Shown: piece after piece, positions 16,675-24,899 of the stretch | How the letters are laid out: every line of letters begins with the position of its first letter | Position numbering within the stretch: position 1 is the stretch's first letter | NCBI RefSeq assembly: GCF_000186885.1 | Contig: NC_014972.1 | Span: 2,910,001-2,942,000, forward strand | DNA length: 32,000 bases | Direction: 5' to 3' | DNA from: Desulfobulbus propionicus DSM 2032 | GTDB taxonomy: Bacteria > Desulfobacterota > Desulfobulbia > Desulfobulbales > Desulfobulbaceae | Notes under the pieces: generated by a model | Told to the model about the DNA's origin: nothing | Databases searched by the model: none | The model's input: only the letters and a program-made list of their open reading frames with translations | Translations under genes and position numbers: made by a program

Positions 16675-16687
16675 TCTTTGTTCAATC
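16666..16687. repeat. Perfect 11-bp tandem direct repeat TTTGTTCAATC x2 (GATTGAACAAA x2 in gene orientation)
   Basis: Read directly: 16666-16676 and 16677-16687 are identical. The promoter-proximal copy supplies the -35 TTGAAC. Confidence 0.9.
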
Positions 16688-16747
16688 GCAAAAAGCGTTT
16701 TTTATGAATCAGCTCGGCCGGATAGCCGGGAGCTGCCCGGCTTTGCC

Positions 16748-18529
16748 TCAGCTCGCCGAACAGATCATACGGATGGACTCGGCCCGTTCGTTGATGCCGC
16801 GCTTGAGCATCTCATGGTTGTAGGCGGCGATCACATCCTGGCGTTTGAGCATGCCCAGGACCCAAGGTTCCTCCAGGGTCTCCACCACAGGGATCTCGTC
16901 GATCCCCTTGATGTCAAAAAGCTTCATCGCTTCATAGCAATTGGTGTCCGGGGTGAGCATGATCACGTCGCGGGTACAGATGGATCCCACCAGGTGGCAG
17001 ACACGCTCTTCCTCGCTGTGGAGGACAGTCTTCACATCCTGCATCGACACCACCCCGACCATCATGCCGTGGGCGTTGATCACCGGAAAATAGAAGCTGT
17101 TGCGGGCAAAGCGAAACAGTTCGAGCAAATGATTGATATTTGCGTTTTCACTAATAAAATCGACATCTTCGGTGATCGCCTTGCCCACTCGGATCGACTT
17201 CATGATCGCCACCTCGCGGCCTTCGTGAATATCGATCCCCTCGCGGGTGAAATCCACCGTGTCCATGGAGTCGCCGTACAACCAGGAAGAGGTCACGGTC
17301 CCCAGGACGGCGGTCAGCATCACCGGGATGATGATCATGTAGTTGCCGGTCATCTCGAACAACAAAAAGATGGCGGTCAGTGGCGCGTGGGTGGTGGCGG
17401 CGAGGAACGCGCCGATCCCCACCGTGGCATAGGCGCCGGCGGTGGCCGTGTAGCCGGGAAGGAAATGGTGGACAATGCCGCCAAAGGCGCCGCCAAGCAC
17501 GGCGCCAATGAACAGGGCCGGAGCAAAAACGCCGCCGGCGCCGCCCGAGCCCAGGGTGATGGCGGTTGCCAGCGATTTGAGGAAGACCAGAAGCATCATC
17601 CGCCAGACCAGGGTGTCGCCCGCCAGGGCCTTGGCAATATAGTCGTAGCCGTTGCCCATGACCTGGGGAAAGAAGAGGGCGATGCACCCCACCAGCAGGG
17701 CACCGAAGATCGGCTTGATTTGCGGGTGGAGCGGGATTCGCTGAAACTGGTCGCGAATCAGATAAAAAAAGCGAATGTGGAGCACCGCCGTCGCCCCGAC
17801 GACAACGGCCATGACCGTGTACAACGGCAATTCGACAAAGGGGTTGACGATCGAATAGTCGGGGATGGGAAAAGCCGGAATCTCGCCATAATAGGCGCGG
17901 GAGACCACGGTGGACAGGGCCGAGGCGATCACCAAGGCGGCAAAGGAGGATATCTCATAGGTGCCGAGCAGCACGATCTCCGCCGCGAAAAACATCCCGG
18001 CCAGGGGCGCGTTGAAGATACCGGCAATACCGCCGGCGCATCCGGCGGCGATGTAGACCTTCATGCGCTTGCCGGACACCCGGAAACGCTGCCCAACCTG
18101 CGACCCCAGGGCGCCGCCGATCTGGGCAATCGGCCCTTCGACACCGGCCGAGTTGCCGGAACCGATGGTCAGGGCGGTGCTGATGATCTTGATGAAGATG
18201 GTGCGCGCCCGGATCACGCCATTCTCCAGATTGACCCGGCGAAGGAAATTGGTGAACCCGTAGCCGTTGACCTCGCCGGGAAAGGCGAGGGAAAGGGGGA
18301 TGAGCAGAGTGGCGCCGAGCATTGGCAGCAGCGGCAAAAGCAGTTTCCGCCACCCGCCCTGGCCAATACCGAGAGCCTCGTAGCCCCAGACAAAAATGAG
18401 CTCATGGATGAGATCAACCGCCTCGCGGAAGACAATGATGGCCAAGCCGGACATCACGCCGATGAAGGCGGCGATCAGGATCATCCGCGCCCGCTCGCCC
18501 GGCAAAAACGCCTTGACCCTGGTCAGCAT
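16748..18529 (-). CDS. ClC-family chloride channel / H+-Cl- antiporter with C-terminal CBS-domain pair
   Basis: Selectivity-filter-like motifs GSGNSAGVEGP and GGVFAPALFIGA. About 10 or more hydrophobic helices. The C-terminal roughly 150 aa form a CBS pair (VGKAITEDVDFISEN..., GMMVGVVSMQDV, IDEIPVVE). GGAG SD. Confidence 0.9.
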   Translation of the reverse strand: MLTRVKAFLPGERARMILIAAFIGVMSGLAIIVFREAVDLIHELIFVWGYEALGIGQGGWRKLLLPLLPMLGATLLIPLSLAFPGEVNGYGFTNFLRRVNLENGVIRARTIFIKIISTALTIGSGNSAGVEGPIAQIGGALGSQVGQRFRVSGKRMKVYIAAGCAGGIAGIFNAPLAGMFFAAEIVLLGTYEISSFAALVIASALSTVVSRAYYGEIPAFPIPDYSIVNPFVELPLYTVMAVVVGATAVLHIRFFYLIRDQFQRIPLHPQIKPIFGALLVGCIALFFPQVMGNGYDYIAKALAGDTLVWRMMLLVFLKSLATAITLGSGGAGGVFAPALFIGAVLGGAFGGIVHHFLPGYTATAGAYATVGIGAFLAATTHAPLTAIFLLFEMTGNYMIIIPVMLTAVLGTVTSSWLYGDSMDTVDFTREGIDIHEGREVAIMKSIRVGKAITEDVDFISENANINHLLELFRFARNSFYFPVINAHGMMVGVVSMQDVKTVLHSEEERVCHLVGSICTRDVIMLTPDTNCYEAMKLFDIKGIDEIPVVETLEEPWVLGMLKRQDVIAAYNHEMLKRGINERAESIRMICSAS

Positions 18530-18846
18530 GGCTGCTCCGAGCTGGTGTCCATGACGGGCCGGGGAGGAAGCGTGGGAAGGATGGCGCGTGAACAGTCGCT
18601 CGGCTCACCGGAACACCCAGCCAGAACCGTCACTCGCCCGAATGTATCCATATTGCCCGTCCTCCACTCTCTGCTGGCCTGGCGGCCCTGGTCGTTGCGC
18701 CGATCTCCTTTTCCGCCGTTCGAAAAAGAAGAATGGAACATAACAAAAACCCCTGGCGAATTAAACTGGTTTCTGGCCGCCGCCTGTTCCCGGGCAGACA
18801 CCCGCTCTCAGACGAATCCTCATCCAATGAAACGGCCCGAGGATTC

Positions 18847-18875
18847 TTGTGCTATGGCTGCCTTTTTCGTATAGT
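18847..18875 (+). promoter_or_regulatory. Putative sigma70 promoter for the small acidic protein gene
   Basis: TTGTGC (18847-18852)-N17-TATAGT (18870-18875). It would give a leader of about 60 nt to ATG 18942. Confidence 0.35.
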
Positions 18876-18941
18876 TGGGTCTCATGCAGATCACCCGTTC
18901 CCGGGGTGCATCGTTGCCAGACAGTCTCAGCGAGGTACATC

Positions 18942-19115
18942 ATGCCTGACCAAAAGAAGCCCGATCCCGCCAAGGTTGCCTTCCTCCGATCCCTGCCCGA
19001 CGACGTCAAGGCGGTGATCACGGGCGAGGAAGCAGAGCAGTTCATGTTCGGGGAATATATCCCGGAGTCACTCTACGAAAAGATCAAGGACTACCTGGAG
19101 GAAAGTCCCGACTGA
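18942..19115 (+). CDS. Small acidic hypothetical protein (57 aa)
   Basis: MPDQKKPDPAKVAFLRSLPDDVKAVITGEEAEQFMFGEYIPESLYEKIKDYLEESPD. GAGG SD 5 nt before the ATG. GC-rich third positions like neighbouring genes. The track's longer version (18849) adds a Cys/Trp-rich, non-protein-like N-terminus. Confidence 0.5.
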   Translation: MPDQKKPDPAKVAFLRSLPDDVKAVITGEEAEQFMFGEYIPESLYEKIKDYLEESPD

Positions 19116-19116
19116 A

Positions 19117-19142
19117 CAAGCGGCTGCCCTCACGCAGCCGCT
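19117..19142 (+). terminator. Perfect 10-bp stem-loop directly after the small ORF (no U-tract)
   Basis: AAGCGGCTGC-cctcac-GCAGCCGCTT starts 2 nt after the stop codon. It is followed by gccgatcg, so it is either a U-less terminator or an mRNA-stabilising hairpin. Confidence 0.35.
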
Positions 19143-19485
19143 TGCCGATCGCCTTCCGGCCAAGTCCATCAGCGACACCCAGCGGCTTGCCGGGTCGCGG
19201 TGCACAACAACAGGCCGCAACTGCATGGCTTTTGGGCCAACGGTTTAGGATTGCAGAATGCGCTGTTTTGGTTTATCGTGGCCAACTAAATAACTGAATG
19301 CCAATTCATTACCGTGGCCGGGGAAGGTCACCCCATGAAGCGGCGCGGTGTTGTTGAAACGTGGCCACCCCGTGGTGGACGGATGATTGTGACAAACCGG
19401 ATGGAAATACCAAGCATCTTTCTCGGCAATCAAACAACCATCGGTTTTTTGCGCTCTGTGCATGCCGCCACCCCGTGCTTGCCTG

Positions 19486-19510
19486 TCCCCCCCTCCTCCC
19501 CTTTTTTTTC
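19486..19510 (+). other. 25-nt homopyrimidine tract (tcccccctcctccccttttttttc)
   Basis: Read directly: every base from 19486 to 19510 is C or T. It contains the anti-SD-like CCTCCT. Confidence 0.9.
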
Positions 19511-19680
19511 ATCATGAGGCAGAGAACAACTGAACCGTAAACAGCATCACCAGAGAGAAGACCAAAGCGGGTAAGTACACTTTTTGAGGTTCTGCGGAAC
19601 CTTTTTCATAGCGTTCATCTTAACCGTTTCCGGCAGTTCCTGCCGGCAAACACCAACCACCGTGTAAGGAGAATGATCTT

Positions 19681-22600
19681 ATGTCGCGAAAAATGGTCAC
19701 CATTGACGGAAACCAGGCATGTACGCATGTTGCGTATGCCACAAGTGAAGTCATAACAATCTATCCCATTACGCCATCCTCTCCGATGGCTGCCGAGTCC
19801 GACGCCAAAGCCAACGCCAAACAAGAGAATATCTGGGGATCCATCCCGGTTATTACCCAGATGCAGTCCGAGGCCGGTGTCGCCGGTTCCATCCACGGTT
19901 CTCTGGGCGCCGGTGCCCTGTGCACCACCTTCACCGCTTCCCAGGGTCTGCTGCTGCTGACCCCCAACATGTACAAGATCGCCGGTGAGTTGTTGCCCAC
20001 GGTTTTCCATGTCACCGCCCGCGCCATCGCCTGCCAGGGTCTGTCTATCTTCGGTGATCACGGCGACGTCATGGCCGTCCGCCAGACCGGTTGGGCCATG
20101 CTCTGCTCCCAGGACGTGCAGGAAGCCCAGGATATGGCACTGATTGCCACCTCTTCCACCCTGCAGTCCTCCATTCCGTTCCTCCACTTCTTCGACGGGT
20201 TCCGGACCTCCCACGAGGTCATGAAGATCGAGCAGCTGACCATGGACGACATGCGCGCCATGATCGACGAGGACCTGATCATCAAGCACCGCGAGCGCGC
20301 CCTGACCCCGGATCGCCCCACCATCGGCGGTACGGCCCAGAACCCGGACGTCTACTTCATCGGCCGCGAGACCGTAAATAAATTCTATGACGCCGTTCCG
20401 GGTATCGTCCAGGCCACCATGGACAAATTCGCCGCCCTGACCGGTCGCCAGTATCACCTGTTCGACTACATCGGCGCCCCGGATGCCACCGACGTCATCG
20501 TCATCATGGGTTCCGGCGCCCTGACCGTTGCCTCCACCGTCGAGCACCTGATTGCCGAGGGCAAGAAGGTTGGTCTGGTCATCGTTCGTCTGTTCCGTCC
20601 GTTTGATCCGAAAGCCATGGTCAACGCCCTGCCGCCCACCGTTGAGCGCATCACCGTGCTTGACCGCACCAAAGAGCCGGGCTCCAACGGCGATCCGCTC
20701 TATCTCGACGTCCGCACCGCCGTCACCGAGGCTGCCGAGGCCAACCCCACCATGTTCGTCCCGGTTATCCTCAACGGCCGTTACGGTCTGGGCTCCGCCG
20801 AGTTCACCCCGGCCATGGTCAAAGCCGTGTTCGACAACATGGCATCGCTTGCGCCGAAAAAGAAATTCTGCGTTGGCCCGAACGACGACCTGGCCTTCAC
20901 TAGCCTCAAGTATGACAAGTCCTTCAACATCGAAGGCAGCGACGTGTTCCGCGCCCTGTTCTACGGTCTGGGTTCCGACGGTACCGTTGGTGCCAATAAG
21001 AACACCATCAAGATCATCGGTACCGAAACCGATAACTCGGCCCAGGGCTACTTCGTCTACGACTCCAAAAAGTCCGGCTCCATGACCGTTTCGCATCTGC
21101 GTTTCGGCAAGAATCAGATCGTTGCCCCGTATCTGATCAACAAGGCCAACTTCGTCGCCTGTCACAACCCGGCCTTCCTTGACACCTACGACATGTTGGC
21201 CAACCTGGAGACCGGCGGCACCTTCCTGCTGACCACCACCTTCACCAAGGACGAGATCTGGGACCACCTGCCCTCCCTGGTGCAGAAGCAACTGATCGAG
21301 AAGAAGATCAAATTCTACATCATCGACGCGGTCAAACTCGGCCTGGCCCTTGGCCTCGGCGCTCGCATCAACATGATCATGCAGACCGCCTTCTTCGCCA
21401 TCTCCGGCATCATCAGCAAGGATGAGGCGATCAAGTCGATCAAGAAGGCAATCAAAAAGACCTACGGCATCAAGGGCGACAAGGTCGTCAACATGAACTA
21501 CGCCGCGGTTGACGGCGCCATCGAAAACATCGTCGAGGTCAAGGTTCCCAAGAAAATCACCGGCCACGAGATGCCGCCGATCGTTTCCGACGAAGCACCT
21601 GAGTTCGTCAAGACCGTCACCGCCAAGATGATGGAAGGTCACGGCGAGGACATCCCGGTTTCCCAGTTCCCGAACGACGGCCGCTGGCCGACCGCCACCT
21701 CCCAGTGGGAGAAGCGCAACATCGCCGTTCAGGTTTCTTGTTGGGATGCCGAGACCTGCATCCAGTGCGGCCGCTGTTCGCTGGTTTGCCCGCATGGCTG
21801 TATCCGCATGAAGGTCGCCACCCCTGAAGCCCTGGCCGCCGCCGGCGCCGATGCCTCCTTCAAGACCGCCGATGCGGTAGGCAAGGAGTTCAAGGACATG
21901 AAGTTCACCATGCAGATCTCCACGGCCGACTGCTGCGGCTGTACGCTGTGCGTCACCGTTTGCCCGGCTCGCAAGAAGGATGCCGAGGGCAACAAGACCG
22001 AGATCCGCGCGCTGTCCATGGTGATGAACACCGAGGAGATCAAGCAGGAATCCCTGAAGAACTGGAAGACCTTCCTGGCCCTGCCCGAGGTTGACGACAG
22101 CCTGATCAACGTCGGCACCATCAAGGGCAGCCAGTTCAAACGGCCGCTGTTCGAGTTCTCCGGCGCCTGCGCTGGCTGCGGCGAGACCCCGTACATCAAG
22201 CTGGTCACCCAGATGATCGGCGACCGTATGTTGGCCTCCAACGCCACCGGTTGTTCCTCGATCTACTCCGGCAACCTGCCCACCACCCCGTACTGCAAGC
22301 GCGCCGACGGACGTGGGCCGGCCTGGTCCAACTCGCTGTTCGAGGATAACGCCGAGCACGGCTTGGGTATGCGTCAAGCGGTCGACAAACTGGCCAGCCA
22401 GGCGGTCGAACTGTTGGATGCGGCTGTCAAGGAAGGTCTGGTCGCCAAAGAGTTGGCCGACGCCCTGCTCAACGCCCCGCAGAAGGAGCAGGCCGAGATC
22501 GAGGCCCAGCGCGCTCGCGTGGCCGAGTTGAAGGCGGCCCTCGAGGGCAAGAAAGACGCCATCGCCAAACGGCTCTATCATGTGGCCGACTACCTGGTGA

Positions 22601-23256
22601 AAAAATCCGTCTGGATCATCGGTGGCGACGGTTGGGCCTATGATATCGGCTACGGCGGTGTTGACCATGTTCTGGCTTCCGGCAAGAACGTCAATATCCT
22701 GGTGCTGGATACCGAGGTCTACTCCAACACCGGTGGTCAGATGTCCAAGTCCACCCCGCGTGCAGCCGTGGCTCAGTTTGCCGCCGGCGGCAAGAGCATG
22801 CCCAAGAAGAACATGGGCCTGATCTTCTCCACCTTCGGCACGGTCTATGTTGCCCGCATTTCCCTCGGCGCCAACCCGCAGCAGGCGATCAAGGCCATTC
22901 AGGAGGCCGAGGCCTATGACGGTCCGTCCCTGATCATCGCCTATGCCCACTGCATCAACCACGGCATCAACATGGCCATGGGTCTGGAGCAGCAGAAGAA
23001 GGCCGTCGAGTGCGGGCACTGGTCGTTGTTCCGTTACAACCCGGCGCTTGAGGCCGAAGGCAAGAACCCGCTGATCATCGACTCCAAAGAGCCGACCATC
23101 AGCTTTGCCGACTACGCGATGAACGAAAACCGTTACCGGATGCTCAAGCTGTCCAATCCGACAATGGCTGACGAGTTGATGGCACAGTCGCAGAAAGACG
23201 TCGACAAGTCCTGGAAATTGCTGAAAGGCTGGGCCAAGGCGCTTGAGACCGAATAA
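19681..23256 (+). CDS. nifJ: Pyruvate:ferredoxin (flavodoxin) oxidoreductase, homodimeric single-chain type
   Basis: 1191 aa. N-terminus MVTIDGNQA..HVAY..SEVI.IYPITPSS. Two ferredoxin-type 4Cys clusters (CIQCGRCSLVCP, CCGCTLCVTVCP). TPP domain (GGDGWAYDIGYGG, GCGETPYIKL). AAGGAG SD 9 nt upstream. Confidence 0.95.
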   Translation: MSRKMVTIDGNQACTHVAYATSEVITIYPITPSSPMAAESDAKANAKQENIWGSIPVITQMQSEAGVAGSIHGSLGAGALCTTFTASQGLLLLTPNMYKIAGELLPTVFHVTARAIACQGLSIFGDHGDVMAVRQTGWAMLCSQDVQEAQDMALIATSSTLQSSIPFLHFFDGFRTSHEVMKIEQLTMDDMRAMIDEDLIIKHRERALTPDRPTIGGTAQNPDVYFIGRETVNKFYDAVPGIVQATMDKFAALTGRQYHLFDYIGAPDATDVIVIMGSGALTVASTVEHLIAEGKKVGLVIVRLFRPFDPKAMVNALPPTVERITVLDRTKEPGSNGDPLYLDVRTAVTEAAEANPTMFVPVILNGRYGLGSAEFTPAMVKAVFDNMASLAPKKKFCVGPNDDLAFTSLKYDKSFNIEGSDVFRALFYGLGSDGTVGANKNTIKIIGTETDNSAQGYFVYDSKKSGSMTVSHLRFGKNQIVAPYLINKANFVACHNPAFLDTYDMLANLETGGTFLLTTTFTKDEIWDHLPSLVQKQLIEKKIKFYIIDAVKLGLALGLGARINMIMQTAFFAISGIISKDEAIKSIKKAIKKTYGIKGDKVVNMNYAAVDGAIENIVEVKVPKKITGHEMPPIVSDEAPEFVKTVTAKMMEGHGEDIPVSQFPNDGRWPTATSQWEKRNIAVQVSCWDAETCIQCGRCSLVCPHGCIRMKVATPEALAAAGADASFKTADAVGKEFKDMKFTMQISTADCCGCTLCVTVCPARKKDAEGNKTEIRALSMVMNTEEIKQESLKNWKTFLALPEVDDSLINVGTIKGSQFKRPLFEFSGACAGCGETPYIKLVTQMIGDRMLASNATGCSSIYSGNLPTTPYCKRADGRGPAWSNSLFEDNAEHGLGMRQAVDKLASQAVELLDAAVKEGLVAKELADALLNAPQKEQAEIEAQRARVAELKAALEGKKDAIAKRLYHVADYLVKKSVWIIGGDGWAYDIGYGGVDHVLASGKNVNILVLDTEVYSNTGGQMSKSTPRAAVAQFAAGGKSMPKKNMGLIFSTFGTVYVARISLGANPQQAIKAIQEAEAYDGPSLIIAYAHCINHGINMAMGLEQQKKAVECGHWSLFRYNPALEAEGKNPLIIDSKEPTISFADYAMNENRYRMLKLSNPTMADELMAQSQKDVDKSWKLLKGWAKALETE

Positions 23257-23288
23257 ACCGTCTTCGGACGCATGATGGAACAAAAAAG

Positions 23289-23317
23289 CCCTGCCGGGAA
23301 ACCGGCAGGGTTTTTTT
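23289..23317. terminator. Bidirectional intrinsic terminator
   Basis: AAAAAAG-CCCTGCCGG-GAAA-CCGGCAGGG-TTTTTTT. A 9-bp GC-rich stem with a GNRA loop, an A-run 5' and a T-run 3'. It serves nifJ (+) and the convergent ykgJ-like gene (-). Confidence 0.7.
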
Positions 23318-23329
23318 GTTGATCGCGTT

Positions 23330-23364
23330 ACCGGGGATTGAGCTCGTCATCCCCGGTATTTTTT
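23330..23364 (+). terminator. Second (tandem) intrinsic terminator after nifJ
   Basis: ACCGGGGA-ttgagctcgtca-TCCCCGGT followed by ATTTTTT. Confidence 0.45.
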
Positions 23365-23369
23365 CTGAC

Positions 23370-24344
23370 TCAGCTGTCCGCTTGTTTTTTCCGTGCCGCG
23401 GCTTCGCGCTCCTGCCGCTCCTTGAGCATCCGGTCGCGCTCCGCCTTCAATTCCTCGTATTCGCGTTCAGCCGCCAGCAGCGCTTCATCCTGACGTTTTT
23501 TGATTTCCTCGACTTTGGCTTTGATTTTGTCTTCCTTGATGGTCAGCCCAGGCGCACCAAAGAGGGTATTGGCCAGATATTTAAAGGAAAAAAGCATCAA
23601 TTCCACATCGTCTTCCTTGATTTTGGCCAGGGTATCGGCATCCATCTCATAGGTGTCGAGGAAGGAACTCTCGAAAATAAACTTGCGGAAGGTATCGAGA
23701 TCGGTGGAAGCCATGAAGAACATCCGCTTGGCCGCCTCACTCAAGGTCGCTTGCAGGCCGAAGGATTTGCGCCGCATGACCAATCGCAGCCACTCCTTGT
23801 TCATCTCATCGCGCAGATCGACCCCCTGATCGGCCCGCCACTCGCCGATGGTCCAGTGCTTGGGTTCTTCATGGCCCTTGCAGTGCGGCTCCTTGACCAG
23901 GAAGAAAAATTTCTCCTCGGAGGCATCGTTGGTGCCGCCCTCATGGAAATCGGCCATGCCCACCGGGTAGTACCGGCAGGCCGAGGGGCGATCCGAATAA
24001 ACGGTGCAGCCCTCAGGGGTGACAAAGGGGCAACCGTTCTTCTCGCCCCGCAATTTCAACTGGACGCCGGGCATATCGGTCTTCTCCAAATAGGCGGGCT
24101 CGGTGTATTCGGTGATGAATTCGTGGGCCGGGATGTTCAACCGTTTGCGGAGGATGAGGATGTCATACGGAGTGAGGATGATTTTGATATTGTGACAGCA
24201 GGCGGTGAAGCAGCTTACCCCTGGATGGCAGGCAAACTGCAAGTGCGAGCTGAGCGTCAGTTTCTCCGGGAGAATATTGGAGGGATTCTTGTCGGTGGAC
24301 TTGATAAAATCAGATTCGTTATCAATATATTCTTCTGTCGCCAT
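23370..24344 (-). CDS. YkgJ-family (CxxCxxCC-type) cysteine-cluster protein with C-terminal charged coiled-coil tail
   Basis: FACHPGVSCFTACCHN and GCPFVTPEGCTVYSDRPSACRYYP match the putative Zn/Fe-chelating domain family. The K/E/R-rich tail is ...KKRQDEALLAAEREYEELKAERDRMLKERQEREAAARKK. ATG 24344 is preceded by AGAGGAA. The track start at 24413 adds an unlikely extension. Confidence 0.75.
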   Translation of the reverse strand: MATEEYIDNESDFIKSTDKNPSNILPEKLTLSSHLQFACHPGVSCFTACCHNIKIILTPYDILILRKRLNIPAHEFITEYTEPAYLEKTDMPGVQLKLRGEKNGCPFVTPEGCTVYSDRPSACRYYPVGMADFHEGGTNDASEEKFFFLVKEPHCKGHEEPKHWTIGEWRADQGVDLRDEMNKEWLRLVMRRKSFGLQATLSEAAKRMFFMASTDLDTFRKFIFESSFLDTYEMDADTLAKIKEDDVELMLFSFKYLANTLFGAPGLTIKEDKIKAKVEEIKKRQDEALLAAEREYEELKAERDRMLKERQEREAAARKKQADS

Positions 24345-24643
24345 GGCAGTTCCTCTGAGTGCGGAAGGATGAAAGGCATGCGCCCAAAATGGCGCCGAAT
24401 AAAAAAGAAACACTTTACCATGTGCGCCCCCGGTGTCAAATCCTATCCGGACGCTTGACGATGAGGCAGGGAAGGATTCCCTCCTGCCAGTAAAAAAACT
24501 TCATGCCTTTGCCGTCAGATTCAGCGACAGGAAGACCGCACCGCCTGAAAAAATCCATACCGGGGCCGCTTATTTTATGTCATTTCCCGGTCAAACCTGC
24601 TAAGAGAAAAGCAATAATTTTTCCATTTCACCCCATTAAGTGC

Positions 24644-24841
24644 ATGAAACGAATTTTTTCCAATCCCATCGATCTGAGCAAGGTCGACACGCTTATCTAT
24701 CATCTGCCCGATGGGCCTACCCTATCCGTCGAAATGGACGGTCTGGGGAGCTTTTTCGATTTCGACATGGAAATCGGTGACATTTGCGACACTTCCGACA
24801 TCGATGGCGTCGTTCATTTTTTTCCCAAAGGCAACGCCTGA
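24644..24841 (+). CDS. Small acidic hypothetical protein (65 aa)
   Basis: MKRIFSNPIDLSKVDTLIYHLPDGPTLSVEMDGLGSFFDFDMEIGDICDTSDIDGVVHFFPKGNA. Protein-like composition but no clear SD. It ends 58 nt upstream of the PHP gene. The longer track ORF (24503) runs through an AT-rich, promoter-like region. Confidence 0.35.
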   Translation: MKRIFSNPIDLSKVDTLIYHLPDGPTLSVEMDGLGSFFDFDMEIGDICDTSDIDGVVHFFPKGNA

Positions 24842-24899
24842 TCGCCGCTCTTTTTGTCCCTCCGCGCATCACTCCTGGTTCTGTCCCACCTGAAGCCAC

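Noticed and set aside
18530-18800. Possible fluoride (crcB-motif) riboswitch upstream of the ClC gene
   Set aside because: Reading the minus-strand leader, I do not find the conserved GAUGG...AAACYGCC...CUGAUG...CCUAC elements. The channel also carries CBS domains, unlike riboswitch-controlled ClC-F proteins.
16643-18874. 743-aa + strand ORF antisense to the ClC channel gene
   Set aside because: Same codon-aligned mirror-frame artefact: 18529-16645 is divisible by 3. The composition is G/D/H/R-rich and non-protein-like. The minus-strand ClC/CBS assignment is strong.
19245-19463. 72-aa minus-strand ORF (MHRAQKTDGCLIAEKDAW...) and overlapping 67-68-aa ORFs in the PFOR upstream region
   Set aside because: No properly spaced SD and no recognisable motif. 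They overlap one another in different frames. Treated as part of an unassigned non-coding region, though a small gene cannot be excluded without conservation data.
19143-19680. TPP riboswitch upstream of the TPP-dependent PFOR
   Set aside because: No CUGAGA / ACCUGAUCUGGAUAAUGCCAGCG-type core is visible on either strand.
19615-23283. Uninterrupted 1222-aa ORF on the minus strand covering the whole PFOR gene
   Set aside because: It is exactly codon-aligned antisense to nifJ, so it stays open simply because nifJ lacks TTA/CTA/TCA codons. The translation is low-complexity (G/D/V/L/A-rich), with no recognisable motifs and no SD. nifJ on the + strand has unambiguous family motifs.
24463-24494. 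Hairpin GGCAG-GGGAA-gga-TTCCC-tc-CTGCC followed by AGTAAAAAAAC, as a possible terminator
   Set aside because: On the + strand it is followed by an A-run, not a T-run. On the - strand the T-run precedes the hairpin, and no upstream minus-strand gene ends here. It lies upstream of the ykgJ-like start, so it is at most a protein-binding or leader structure.
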